DNA of 64,000 nt from Chrysomallon squamiferum (GCA_012295275.1 CM022668.1:12214001-12278000), one strand, 5' to 3'; counted from the stretch's first letter, positions 38,898-52,078 are shown. A program made the numbers and translations. The notes: generated by a model from the letters alone, not told the origin.

Positions 38898-41011
38898 CAA
38901 AATTGCAAACAGGGAGATAGAAATGAAAATCTTCATATTATGGAAGTCCAGTTTAATATTTTTAAATGATAAGTTTCACATTCAACTAGGTCACCTTTTT
39001 TAAAATGTTTTCTTTCACAGCCAGACCAAAATAACATTTTAAAAATGTTGCTTTCTTTCTGTTCATTTTTGCCCTTTATAGTTGTCCCAATTTGAAGTTC
39101 AATAATGTCTCTTTCAAAATTACCCCAATTTGAAATTCTAAAATCTGATATTTATCTCAATTTGAAATTTTACAATATATCACTTTCCTAATAATCCCAT
39201 TTCTAGAAAATAAACTTTCTCAGTGTGCAATCATAGAATATAATTTTCTCACTTTTGCCACTCAAATGCTACACAAGTCCTTCTGAAATTTAAATATTAA
39301 ATCTTCCAAAAAAAAAAAAAATAGCCCGGTAAATTTATGACAGGGAGTGGGTTTCTTCTCTAATAATTAAACATGATTTATAAGATATAATGTTCTGTAT
39401 AAATTTATACATTTTATTATAAAATGTGTACATTTGTCATCAGACAGTTATGTTTTCAAAATATGTGATTTTTAAATGAATTTACTGAATAAATATTTGA
39501 TACAGAAAAAGTCTTGTACTTTGTAGTTTGCATGGCATGTTTGTTTAGTTCACTCATATATATATGCATTATAAATATATATGTTATGTGTGGCAATGAA
39601 ATATTATTTTGTACCAAATACCTTCTGTGTTATTGCTCAGAGTTATAATTATTGTTTAAAATTATATAAAACCAGGGGTCTTTTTCAAAATTGGTGTAGT
39701 TAATTTTATTTTAATTTATTATATTTATTAATATTTATTTTTTTACTCGTTATTTATTATTATTATTATTTTTTTTACTCATTTATTTAAATTATTTTTA
39801 TCTTATTCTTATTATTTATTTTATTAATTTAATTAAATTTAATTTAATTTATTTTGCTTATTTTTTTAAAATTTAATGGGATTAAACAAACTTTTTAATA
39901 ATCAAAATGGATTTTTATCAGCTATTTATTTATTTATTTATTTATTTATAATACAGAAGGTAAAACATATTACATTGCCTGCTTTTTAACTAACATGCCA
40001 TGTGACTATGAAAGTTTAAAATAGGTTGTGTGCTTTTGTGTTGATAACTTTGTGTTTATGAAACTTTTTATTTTACAGCTTTGTAGCCTATTAAATGAAA
40101 AAAACTTGTTTAAAAAATATTAAATTATTTTAAATAAATAACTGTATAATTTATAGTAAATAAATTAATAAATAAATTAATAAATTATGATAAAGGAATA
40201 AAAATCTTAAAAATTGTTATTAAAAAATAAAGAGTATTTCAAAATTAATTTTATGAAATTTCTTAAATATTTTAACAGCTGTTTTTATTTTAGTGTATGG
40301 TATTTTTCTTGTTTAGATATTTAATAATTATAATTAATTTAATATATATTACTAATTATAAAATAGTTATAATTTATTCAAATAAGAATGAAATAAATGT
40401 AAAATTATTTCTTTAAAAGCACAGACAATTTGCAGAAGTAAAATAACAATAATAACAAATTAATTAACTAATCAATAAATTAATGTTCAAAGATTTAATT
40501 TATTCAACTTTTTATGCCAAAAACATCTTTAAAATATTTAAAATTTAAAAAGATACTTATTTGTAACTTATCACTCAAATATTCAAATTAATTAATCTGA
40601 TAATTATTTTTAACAAAACTCAAAAATACTTCTGAATATTTTAAAATTTAATTAAATAACTATTTTTAACCAATAACTCAAATATTTAAAATCCACTTAA
40701 TTTATGTTTTAATATTTTTTTTCAAAAATACATTAATAGATAAATAAACTAAAATAAATTTCAAGTATTAAAATTAATTCTTAATATTTTTATTCAAAAA
40801 TACATTAACAGATAAATAAACCAAAATTAATTTCACAAGTATTAAAATTAATACAGCTACTATTTTAACATGGGCTACTATAATATTTTATGCTTGTGTT
40901 TGTTATTTTTGATTATTTTTTAATGAATTTTCATTTTGTTTTCTTTTCTTTCTTCTTTTTTTTTTTGAGTTGTTTCTTTAACTGTTTTATTATATCTTTG
41001 CATGATCATAG

Positions 41012-41199
41012 AATTTATCAATGCTGAGGAAAGACTTGTCCACGAAGAGTTCTTTTCAATCGAAGTCGAGATTGAAATCACGTGGCGAAAACACACCAAC
41101 GGCGAGCATGACGTTGTGATTACAAGCCTCGAACCAACGCGGCTGTTGACTAATTATTCTTTAGTTAGCGCAGACAACAACAGCATTCATATGTCGTAG
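41012..41199 (+). CDS. Candidate alternative terminal exon
   Basis: GC/CpG-richer island after a pyrimidine tract and catAG; in frame with the phase-1 donor at 37571: KFINAEERLVHEEFFSIEVEIEITWRKH...IHMS*. Confidence 0.55.
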
Positions 41200-42813
41200 C
41201 GTTTTTGTATGTTAGATATTTCATCTGTTGTAATTTATTAGGTTATTTTTAGTCGTTTTTTTTTTTTTTTAATTTTATTTTAATCTCACTCTGCCAGTTA
41301 TTTTGTTATTTTTTTATTATTAGTCGTGTGGTAATTTTTTGGTATTACATCCCAGTGATTTTTTTTATGTAAGATTCCAGTTTTTTATTTGTTAGTTTAT
41401 TTAATTAGTGACATTTTTTTTTATATATTTTTATTTATTTATTTTTTATATTTATTTATTTTTTTATTTTTTTTTTTTTTTTTTTTAAATATTTATTTAT
41501 TTATTTATTTTTTTTTCTTTCTTTTCTTTATTCTAATCATTTTGTTTCTCTTTTTCAAAGAACATTTTGAATTTTGATTTTACATTTTAGAACTCTTTTG
41601 GTTTTATTTGGATTTAATTTAATCTTATAACACTTTACGTTAGATAATCTTTTGGGGTAATTTTGTTTTGTTTTTAAATTTGAGTTAATATTTATTCTGA
41701 TTTTTTTTTATCTGGCAATCACTGAAAACCTTCTTTAACTCTTTCACTTCTAAATGTTATTTGACACAGCAGTAAAAGAGTTAAAATATAGCCACACCTT
41801 ATTTTTGTTTGTTTCTTTTTTTCTTTCTTAAATTCTTTGGTTTCGGGTAATTTTCCTTGTTGTCTTCTTTTTTATTGTTGTTATTATTATTATAATTATA
41901 TATAATTTCATTTTATATTTGCCCGTATTATTTTGGAACATCAGAAAATTTGGTGCTTTTTGTATTAAAAATCCTACCGGACTGAAAATGGTTATAAATT
42001 TAAATCAAAGGGGGATAACTGAGGGTTGGTGCAGTTTTTGCCAGGTATTATATTCATTATTCAGAGGCAACTCAAAGGCTCAATTAATTGTGAACAAAAA
42101 GGTTGTGATTTTTTTTTTTTCTTCTGTTTTATTTTTTTTTCTTACAAAGTTTAAATTTTTCAGAAAATAATAATAATAATAATAAAATATGAAATTGCTG
42201 GCTGGGTAATTTACATATTTATTACATCTGTATGTATATGTTTTGTATATATCACACACTTTGTTGTAAATCTTCTTGGGTTCACCTTCCTCAGCATTGG
42301 GATGCTCCTGTCACCCCTATAATTCACTATGGACTATTCCAGCAAAGAGTCAGTCTAGTGAGAATCTGTAAGGGGTTTGCAGATAAAATGATAGAACTGA
42401 TGACTTGCTGCTATTATTTTTAAAAACATGCATGACGAAGCTTGCAGTGTATTGTTAATCTTAATTTCATAATTGCATGTTCATGACCAAAACATAATTT
42501 AAAAAAAATAAAATCTTAAAAACATTTTCATTCAGAAAACAGTTAGGTAATTTTGGCTTTGCTACTAATTAACATCAAAGAAATTAAACTATACATTATT
42601 TATAAACTTTTTTTTTTTTTTTTTTTTTATCAAAAATTTAGCCTCCTTCTGAAAGAATATTACTGTAGAAAAAAAAAAAAAAAAAAAAATCTCCCTAGGA
42701 AATGATACTTAATCAATCTCCCTTTCAGAGAGTACCTCAATGATCTAACCTTTAATACAGATATTCACTGATTACCTCCCTTTGACAGAAACTTTAATTA
42801 TCTCCCTTTGTAG

Positions 42814-43094
42814 CACCACACACTGTTGATGAAAGTGAACCTGAGAAGGTGGAGGTTGGAGTCACCCAAGACATGACACAGCCCCTACTAGACGTGGTGG
42901 AGAAACCAGAGGCAGAGTTATCTGCCCCTACTTTAGGTTGGCAACCTACAAATATTGAGGATGCTAGCATGCAGAAGTTTTTGCTAGCTGTTGTCTTAGT
43001 GATGGTACTGCTGAGGTTGTTGGCGTGGTTACTTAGTTGTGGCTACTGTCTCTGTTCATTTTTCCTGGCTTCCTCTTGGTCCAGTCAAAATTAA
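42814..43094 (+). CDS. Candidate alternative exon: 123-nt cassette (42814-42936) or terminal exon with a hydrophobic C-tail (to 43094)
   Basis: ctccctttgtAG acceptor, phase 1; TPHTVDESEPEKVEVGVTQDMTQPLLDVVEKPEAELSAPTL has titin-like composition; internal TAG|GTTGGC; read-through gives FLLAVVLVMVLLRLLAWLLSCGYCLCSFFL. Confidence 0.65.
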
Positions 43095-43143
43095 AATCTC
43101 ACGGTTTGTACAGCCTGAATAATAACTCTGAATTTTTATTCAT

Positions 43144-43184
<41 letters not shown>

Positions 43185-44514
43185 TCAAATTTCTAATTGT
43201 TAATCAACATTTGTTTTTAATTGTTAATTTATTTTTTTTTTTTTTTTTTTTTAATTGTTAATTATTTTTTTTTATATATATATTGTTTGTGTTTGTTTTT
43301 TATATTTTGATTCTTTATTTTTTTTTTTTTTTTTTTAGCTTATATTAAATATTAAATATCTTTTAAAATTAATTTGTAAAGCTGTACAAATTGTGATTTT
43401 TAACAGAAATAATCTTTGAGTTTTAAATTATAAATCGGTTTTGCAGATATTTAAAAAAAATAGTAATGTTTTTGTTTCAAACTGAAATATTGCATACTGA
43501 GAATCACTTTTGAAATAATCTGGAAAAATAACACAAATAATTGTTGTTTAAAATTAACTTTCATATTTTACTATTTGTTCAATGATATTTACAGACTATA
43601 TATTTTGACCAATGAAATTGTGTAATATAAAACTTTAATATTTTACGAACATATAAAGTTGGTGGTTTTGATTGGCCAGGAAGATTTAAAAAAAAAAATG
43701 TTATTGACCAGATTTTTATTATTTAAATATTTTGACAAAATAATAGAACAAAGAGATATGTGTAAAGTCCAAAAAGGTGTAAAATACCAGGAAGTCAGGA
43801 AAAAAACGATTTTGAAACCACAAACTCCAGTAAGCATGTACCATTCAACCATTAGAATTTTTTTTAAATTTTTGTTTTAAAACTTTTAATTTGATTTTTG
43901 AGTTTTATTTTCTCATCCTCATTATGAGCAGTCTCTACTGTAGATTTCCAAATTTAAAAAAAAAATTAAAAAAAATTAAAAAATCCTTTTCGAAAATTAA
44001 AAGCATCACGGATCAATGCTTTTTTTATTGACCTTTGACCCTCTAACCCTGACCTGTTGTGGCTGATAACCTTGTAGATTTGCATAATGCACATTTTCTA
44101 TTTCTGTGTGCACTTTGACCCCCACCTATTTGAAGTGGTAAGTAAAATTTTTTGTGAAACTTACATCTTTTTGCATTTCAATTCATTTTGAATTTCAGTT
44201 ATGTAAACATTTATCAAGGTTATCAACAACATTTAATAAAACATTTTTTTTTTTATTAGTCATGAAATGAAATCTACAGTTTAGACTGTTATTTGGTCTT
44301 ACTTCTAAAGGCAGGTGAGCCAAAGGGAACATTTTTAAAAATTACAGCCTATTATTTATATATATATATATATTTATTTTTCTCTCGATCTATTTTTTAT
44401 GCAACTTTTATCAAAACAAGTCTTGATATTTTTGTAAGTGTGTGATTTCATACTCTGTATATTGGAAAACAAAACTTTTGATAAATAAACGTCATAAATT
44501 GAACTGGTTTCGTT

Positions 44515-44580
44515 TTCATGTTCAGTGTTTCTGTTAAATCTGGACCCACTGTTTCTGTAAAAACATGGATCCATTGTTTA

Positions 44581-44612
<32 letters not shown>

Positions 44613-44880
44613 TGGATTCAGTGTTTTTTTAAAGCTAGGTGGCACTGTTTGTGTAAAATCGAAATAATTTCAGTAAAGGCGGGAGTTGTTATTTATGTAA
44701 AACTGGATCCATTGTTTGTGTAAAATGTCCATCAGTTATGTGAAAATGGGTTACACCATTTCTATAAAGCACATATCTGTTTAGCTATAAAATAAAATAT
44801 AAAAATTAATAACACTATTTTTGTGTAAAAATGTGATTTAGTGTTACTGTAAAATGGATTCCACTGTTTATGTAAAAAAT
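44515..44880. repeat. Degenerate minisatellite, unit about 22-27 bp, consensus near TGGATCCAYTGTTTRTGTAAAA
   Basis: Examples: tggacccactgtttctgtaaaaa, tggatccattgtttatgtaaaa, tggatccattgtttgtgtaaaa, tggattccactgtttatgtaaaaa. Confidence 0.8.
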
Positions 44881-45461
44881 TATTTTTATTTTTTTTTAAC
44901 TAAAGGGAAAATATAAGCAGCAAATTTTAAATAAAGCATGTTGCAAAGAAAATTTTCAAATCTTTCAAATCTTTCATCTTTTGCATGGCTTACAAGATCT
45001 TCTAAAAATCTGACTGGTGTGTGAACAAGTAGCACAGTAGATTTACCCTGCCCTGCTCCACCCTTCTTTATATTACCACCCTTAAATAGTTAAAATAAAT
45101 TAATTAGCTCACCTGTGAAAAGAAGTAAGACTGCTTTTCTCATAGTCTCATTTTCAAATTTTTGTTGTTGTTTCATTTTCAAATTGTTTGTTGTTAATGT
45201 AGTTTCATTTTAAACTTTTTGTTGTTGTTTTTGTTGATTCATTTTCAAAACTGTGTTGTTTTTGTTGTAGCTTCAGTTTGAAAATGTGTTGTAGTAAAAA
45301 TTAATTTGTTGTCTGTTGAAGAAATGTGGTTTTTTTTTTGTTGTGTTAATGAAATTTGTTGTTTTTTGTTGTTGTCTGCTTGTTCTTTGTTTGTTGTGAA
45401 TTTGTGTATTTAAATAATCTTATCACTCAGTTTAAAATTTAAACTGATATTTTAATACAAA

Positions 45462-45502
<41 letters not shown>

Positions 45503-46066
45503 ACTTTATTATTTCAATTTAATTCAAATATCTGATTTCTAGCTTGTGAGCAGAAATGGAATTAGTTAATTTCTCTTTAGCCTTTTCTTTTAAAAAAGAA
45601 AAGAAAATAATAATAAAAGACATTTTCAAAAATTTTAATTAATGAAGTATTAAAATTACATCAAATATCTTTTTCTTTTAAAATTTAAAATTATATATAA
45701 AATTAAATAACTTTTTCTTTTTTAATTTATATGTATATAAATACTCATTACTGAAATCATATATTCACATACAAACATCCAACTTTTTAATCAAAATCAT
45801 TAATATAGCTTTGTAATTAACATTTATCTGTGTTATAAATTTTTTTTATTTTTTGTTTGTCATGATATAACTGACAAAAATACTTTTTAAAAATGTTTTG
45901 TCAAATTGTACCATAGTTAATACTGTTTGTTAAAAAAAAAAGTTAAAAATTTGTTCTGTTGTTTGTTAACATATTTTGTTGTTTATTAACATATTTGTAT
46001 TCATTAACAAATTGTTAATTTGTTGATTTTTTTTATGGCAGTCATTTTGTGTCAAATAGCATGTGA

Positions 46067-46105
<39 letters not shown>

Positions 46106-47273
46106 TTCATCTTTATTCTTTCAGCATGGTTTTTATTTAACTGCATGTCTGTTAAAATTATTTTCAATCTCAAACAGGTATGTGAAGCATTTCTCTCCCT
46201 ATATTTCTGAAAATGTTCTATTAACATTTTTATAACTACTTATATGGATATTTCTGACCGAAACAAAGTAAGTACTGTTAAGATTAATTTGAAGTATAAT
46301 TAATTTGGAGTTTGACATAAAACACTTTGTTTCACATGAATAACTCATTTCATATAAAAGTTGAGTAAGTTTCACATAATTCAAGTGTTTTCATAAATAT
46401 CTGTTACATATCATTTTTATTTCACTCATAAATTATTAAATATTTGTTTTTATTTACATTTCATTGGGTACTTATAATCTGAATTTCACATGTGTTGGGT
46501 AAATATTCATTTTATTTACACATCAGTAAAAAAATATGATTGTATATTTTCTATCTTGTATTAAGGTAAATGTAGATAATGAAGATATATTGTTTTTATT
46601 ATTAATGAATATATGTAATAATAGTGAAAATATTAATAACCCAAAGAATGTATGGATATTTTGAAACTAAAAATCTTGAAATCAATTTAAATAGTTTTCA
46701 TTTTAATAGCTTGACAAAACAAATTTCAAAAAATCAAATTAAATTAATAAAAACAATCACAAAAAATTTCAATTTAAAATCTTATTATTTAGTATTTTCC
46801 AAATTTAACTTGTATTAATGTAGCAAAAACCTTTCTAAGATAACTAGGATTTAAAAAAAAAAGTGAAAAACAAAATAATAATAATAAATTAGTGTGAAAA
46901 ACAAAATATAATAAAGGAAAAATAATAAAAAAAAAAAAAAATATATTCTTTAATCCCTATCTCTGAAAACTGCATGTAATATTAGCATGTATTCTTCACC
47001 TTTTATTCTTCAAAGTCTAATTATCTTAGACACATCTATTTAAAAAAATTTAAAAAAAAATAAAAAAATTAAATAATTTTTTAAAAGTTAACTAGATCAT
47101 CCATAGATTAGTTAATCCACTCATAACCCATAGACTGGTTTTTCTTTCATCTCTTCCTTAGACTGGTTCTCTTCTTCTTCTTCTTCTTCTTCTTCTTAGT
47201 TCAGTATTCCACAGTTTTTCATCTTCTTCTCTAAAAGAAGAGCATGTTTGAAATTTGCTGCTGCTGCTGAAGC

Positions 47274-47313
<40 letters not shown>

Positions 47314-48010
47314 TAATGAATAATCTAAAATAATTAAAATCAGAAGAAAAGAAGGACAGAAGGTGAATTTCAAATGTCATCATATGAAAATAGATTCTGA
47401 TCAGTTGTGTGTGGCAAGTTATGCCTTATAAATCTCTGAGAAAATAATAAATAAACTGGAAAGAAAGAAGAAAATAAAAGAAGATGTTGTATAGAAAACA
47501 AAATCCACAAAGTGAGAAGATTTGAGACTTCACTTATATGATGAACCTTATTTTTCAAATTCTGGAGGTTGTTTGAAATGGAAACAAAAACTGAGAATGG
47601 ATTTTTCCAATTTATTCTCATTTATTTCATAAATAATCTGATAACTTCATGTGCTAGAATTGAGCAAAACCACTTTTCAGCTTTGAATAGTTATGTACAT
47701 GAATATATGTACTGAATCTCAACATTCAGACTGTTTGGAATAATTTGGTGTATTGAAAAGATCAAAAATTAAAGGTGACCATTATCTTTAGATGTGCTTT
47801 AATAAAAGCTTTGATTCAACCTTAGACAATATCTAATACATGCAGAGTATCTGCTGTCTTAATTATAAGGCCATCAAATTCTTATGTGATCAAACATTCT
47901 AATGTATTCTGATGGAAATGAAAGGATTAAGATGCAGCACATTTGCAAAATGTTGGTCCAAGGTATCACTGTTCACAGGTTCAATTCTTCATGCTGCTTC
48001 CATTGTTTAT

Positions 48011-48176
48011 TTACCATTCCAACCATGTCTGGTTTATCAAAATTATTTTTATTGTTTTTGTGTATATGAGAAGGTTCATATCAAAAATTTACCATTCCAA
48101 CTATGTGCTCCAAAACTGGTTTATCAAAAACATTGTATGTTCTATCCTGTCTATCAGAAGGTACATATTAAAGATC
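48011..48176. repeat. Diverged tandem duplication, about 80-bp unit, two copies
   Basis: ttaccattccaac...ctggtttatcaaaa...agaaggt(t/a)catat occurs twice. Confidence 0.8.
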
Positions 48177-50766
48177 CAAAGCATCTAATAATAAAAAAAA
48201 GGATATATAGCAGTAATGGGTTAATATTTGAAAAATGTTTAAAATATAATGAAAAAAGGTGAAATACATCTGATTAGAAATTAAGGGCAGTAGAATTAAG
48301 GGAGTTTTTGACTGTGTGGAAAGACAGGAGGTTATATATCTTGTTCTATATATACAGACAGATATTTAGCTAGACAGACAAACATACAGTCATAATAGTT
48401 GAAACAAAACATCAAAAAGTACAGCTCTGACAATATGTTGGTATATTTTTATTCATGGGTTATGTCATGTTTTATACAAAACCTTTTTTGAGATAAATGA
48501 TGTTATAAATGTAATATAATTGTAAAAAGCAAAAATAAATGACGGAAAAAACCCAAGAGAAATTATTGGGTAATATATAATATTGCACTGAAAGGTCAGA
48601 CACCATGGTCAGTGGATATCAGAGATATCATATTGGGCATTGTGTGATAGCAAGACAGTGATTTAGTATTACAAGAACAAACAACACATAACATGCAATA
48701 AACAATAGCCATGGAGCTATAACAATAATCAGGCCAAAATGTTTTTTAAGAAATGGGATAAAGAAAGATGCATTTAAGTGAAAATCAAAGAATAATTAAT
48801 TCAGAAGGAAGGTCAGTTATGCATCTCCCAAGCAGTAAATTGTACCGATCAGTTACAACATAACTACATTAGACCAAAATTAATCATGGAAAAAGCATAG
48901 GCATCAATAGGCATACAGTTATATGTTAGCTCATTAAATTCATATTCATAACAAAAAATAAATAAAAGTGAATGGCTTCAAAATGTGAAAAAAGATATTT
49001 GAGTTCTACATTCCAGGAATGGTGCTGCTGATTTTTATGAATGCCCAAGTTCAGCAAGGCATCCTTGTGATTTGAAAGTTAAACTCATCCAGACTGATTT
49101 GGTTACAACAATTATAATCTGTCAGTCTTTAGAAGCAGCAGTATTGAAAGCATTGGAAGAGATGTAAACAACAAAGAGAAAAAATGCATATGTTAAGATT
49201 TTGTAGTTCAGAAGCATTCATATATATACATATATATATAAAGATACTGGTGTCCTCATGTATGATAATTTCATTGGTATGAACAGAGAATGCCAGTTTA
49301 TGACAGATAAATAAAATACTTTACATTGGAAAATTCAAAGGGAACAGAAGTCCTTTATTGTTCAGGGTATTGTGAAATTTCATCCACTGTTCTTAACACA
49401 TCAGAGATTGTTTTACAAATATTTTCCCTTTCCAAACCTTTTTTTGTAATATGGCTACCATAGGGTGAATTGTCATCAGTGATGATGATGATGGTAATGA
49501 TAATGATAATAATAATAATAATAATAATATAATAATAATAATAATAATAATAATGACAATAATATAATGATAATTTTTACTAATATATTTAAGAAACAGT
49601 TATCATTTTTTATTTGATAAAGATAAAACAATGGATATTCTGAAAAAAAGAAATAAAAGACATATTTACCTTTATAAAGAGGCTTATTTATATGTATAAT
49701 AAACAGTTTCATATTGTGTATTACATGTAATGTACTATATAATAGACTATTATTAACAAATCAATTATAATAAATATATAATAAAACAGTACATTTTAAC
49801 TGATATAATGATTGACAGTTCTGAAATTGTCATTATAAAAGCAGTTAATATACTGAAAATATTAGAATCCTGACTTGACACAATGCAGGCAAATAGTGGC
49901 TAACTGAATCAAAACAAGAAAGGAATTTTTGTTGTACTAAGTTAAAAATTAATCACAAAACCCTTTAATTATTTCATAAATTTGTTCATAATTATCCAAA
50001 AGAGCTTATTTTTCTCAGAAATTTCCTCTGATGTTATTTGTTTATTTTGATAAAATAAATAATTTCTTCCTTTTTAAAAAAAATAAAGTTAACACTAAAA
50101 AAATAAGATAAAAAATACATTTTTAAAATTAGTGGATGGATTTCAGTGTACATTCTTAATATTAGTAAATGGTTATTAATAATGTAGTGTATTTTATCTA
50201 TAAATCTAAAGTGGATTGTTAAAACTGTGAAATAGTCATTATCATTGTAGACAAAATAAATTAAAAGCCTAATAAAACATGGATATTCATCTTCTTATTA
50301 AATTAAAATTAATTCATAAACTGAACAGTAACAAAAATTATAAAATAATTAAACAAAAAGTACAAGCCTAGAGATTTGAGTAAAAAAACCAAAAACAAAC
50401 AAAATACCCATAAGCAGTTTGTAGGAGGTACGTATATTTTTAAAATTACCATTTCATGTTATTCACAAAAGTTTGATTATATTTATTAATTTAAATTTGA
50501 TTTTATTTGTTTATTTTAATTTTGTATCACATATGACAGAAATTTAACAACAAATACTTAATTTTTTTATCAGAAGTTATTTTAAATTAAAATTATTTTC
50601 CTTAACATCATTTTAATATTGTTACTTCTTCATATGTTATACAGATTTCATTAAAATTAATATAAATATAATCTTTTGTATCTAAATTTTGATAATTTAT
50701 CATATAAATTGATGTATATTTTACTGTGGTAATTATTATTCCTTTACATATACATGTATATATATA

Positions 50767-50801
<35 letters not shown>

Positions 50802-50928
50802 GTATATATATGTGTATATATATATATAATATCAATTTATGATTTATTTATATATTTATTTTCTGTATAGAAACACTAGGAAATCTTCCTCATTTTAAAA
50901 ACTACAATGACTCTGTTGTTTCTTACAG

Positions 50929-51353
50929 AACTCCCCAGCACCGAGGAGACAACCGCTGAACTGGCTGAGAAAGACCAGGAGAGCGTGGAGGGTCTGGAGG
51001 TCAAACCTCTGACCAGTGGATTGATTGAGACGGAGGAAGCTTCTCGTGAATCTGCCGTCCGCGAGACCACCGAAGTCGTTTCCGCGGAAACCGCCCAGGA
51101 AGAGACCCCCGTCCCCCAAAGACTAGACGTTTCACTGACGACCACAGCACTGTCGGAAGTGTCTCTGACGACAGTCGAAGAGACACGAGAGGAGTTCGCT
51201 GCTGAGGCTCCAGAATCGGTTGGCGAGACGGTTGAAGTGGAGAAGTTGTTGCAGCCTGATGTTGCCGAGGAAGTGCCGACTGATGTTGCTGCTGACCTCG
51301 TTGTCACTGAGGAAGAAGTTTCTGTCGAACAAGAAGTTGTAGCTAAAGAACAG
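50929..51353 (+). CDS. Titin-like exon: E/V/T/A-rich spacer
   Basis: LPSTEETTAELAEKDQES...VEQEVVAKEQ; tacAG and CAG|GTAATT, phase 1-0. Confidence 0.92.
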
Positions 51354-51630
51354 GTAATTTTTAGACTGACAGACAGACAAAGGGACAAAATAATATACTT
51401 ACATATGCAAGTATATAGAAATATTATTACTAAAAAAATATTCATATATGAAAGAGGATCTACTGTCCTTGGAGTATACAGGTAATTACAGACTGACAGA
51501 CAGACAGACAGACAAAATAATATACATACATTGACACAAATAAGTATTCAGAAATTTAAAGATTTGAAAAACATGCCTGCCAGGAGTCATAATAAAGAGG
51601 ATCTTGTGTCCTTGGGGCATGCATGAGGTT
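51351..51630. repeat. Diverged tandem duplication (about 130-145 bp) that includes a copy of the 5' splice site
   Basis: caggtaatt..agactgacagacagaca...aaaataatatac at 51351 and 51479; aaagaggatct...tgtccttgg twice. Confidence 0.8.
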
Positions 51631-51762
51631 ATTTCCCAATCTAACCAAAGAGATCAAAGTCCAAATCTTGTCCAAATCATTCACTGAAATGTCTCAAAAG
51701 GTCAATACTAAAACCTCATGAACTGCAAAAAAAAAACTTGATCTTCTTTATTTTATTACCAG

Positions 51763-52078
51763 ATCCCTGAAGAACAGGTTCCAGTACCTGCAGGAGAAGC
51801 ACCTGAATTTACCCAAGAACTGTCCAATGTTGAAACTCTAGAAGGGAAACCTGCACATTTTGAATGTGTAGTCAGAGGACAGCCCCAGCCCAGTATCACC
51901 TGGTTCCTTGATGGGGAACCGATCCAAGAGTCTCCAGTTTTCAAAACCTCAACAGACATCGATGGAGTCTGTGTCCTGGAGATTCAGGAGACCTTTGCAG
52001 AGGACGAAGGCCAGTTTGAATGCAGGGCTGAAAATGAATATGGACTTGCAGTTACTAAGGCTGATCTGTTCATTCAAG
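51763..52078 (+). CDS. Titin-like exon: Ig16
   Basis: IPEEQVPVPAGEAPEFTQELSNVETLEGKPAHFECVVRGQPQPSITWFLDGEP...EDEGQFECRAENEYGLAVTKADLFIQ; this frame is absent from the ORF track. Confidence 0.96.

Noticed and set aside
42937-43094. KASH domain call for the hydrophobic tail
   Set aside because: No terminal PPPx and no KASH-length luminal peptide; kept only as a generic membrane-anchor candidate.
47162-47275. Possible exon after cttcctTAG at 47161
   Set aside because: The phase-1 frame runs through a (TCT)n microsatellite to an early stop; no coding signal.
47912-48262. 116-aa + strand ORF
   Set aside because: Largely explained by an 80-bp duplication; composition is unlike titin, with no clear splice entry or domain.
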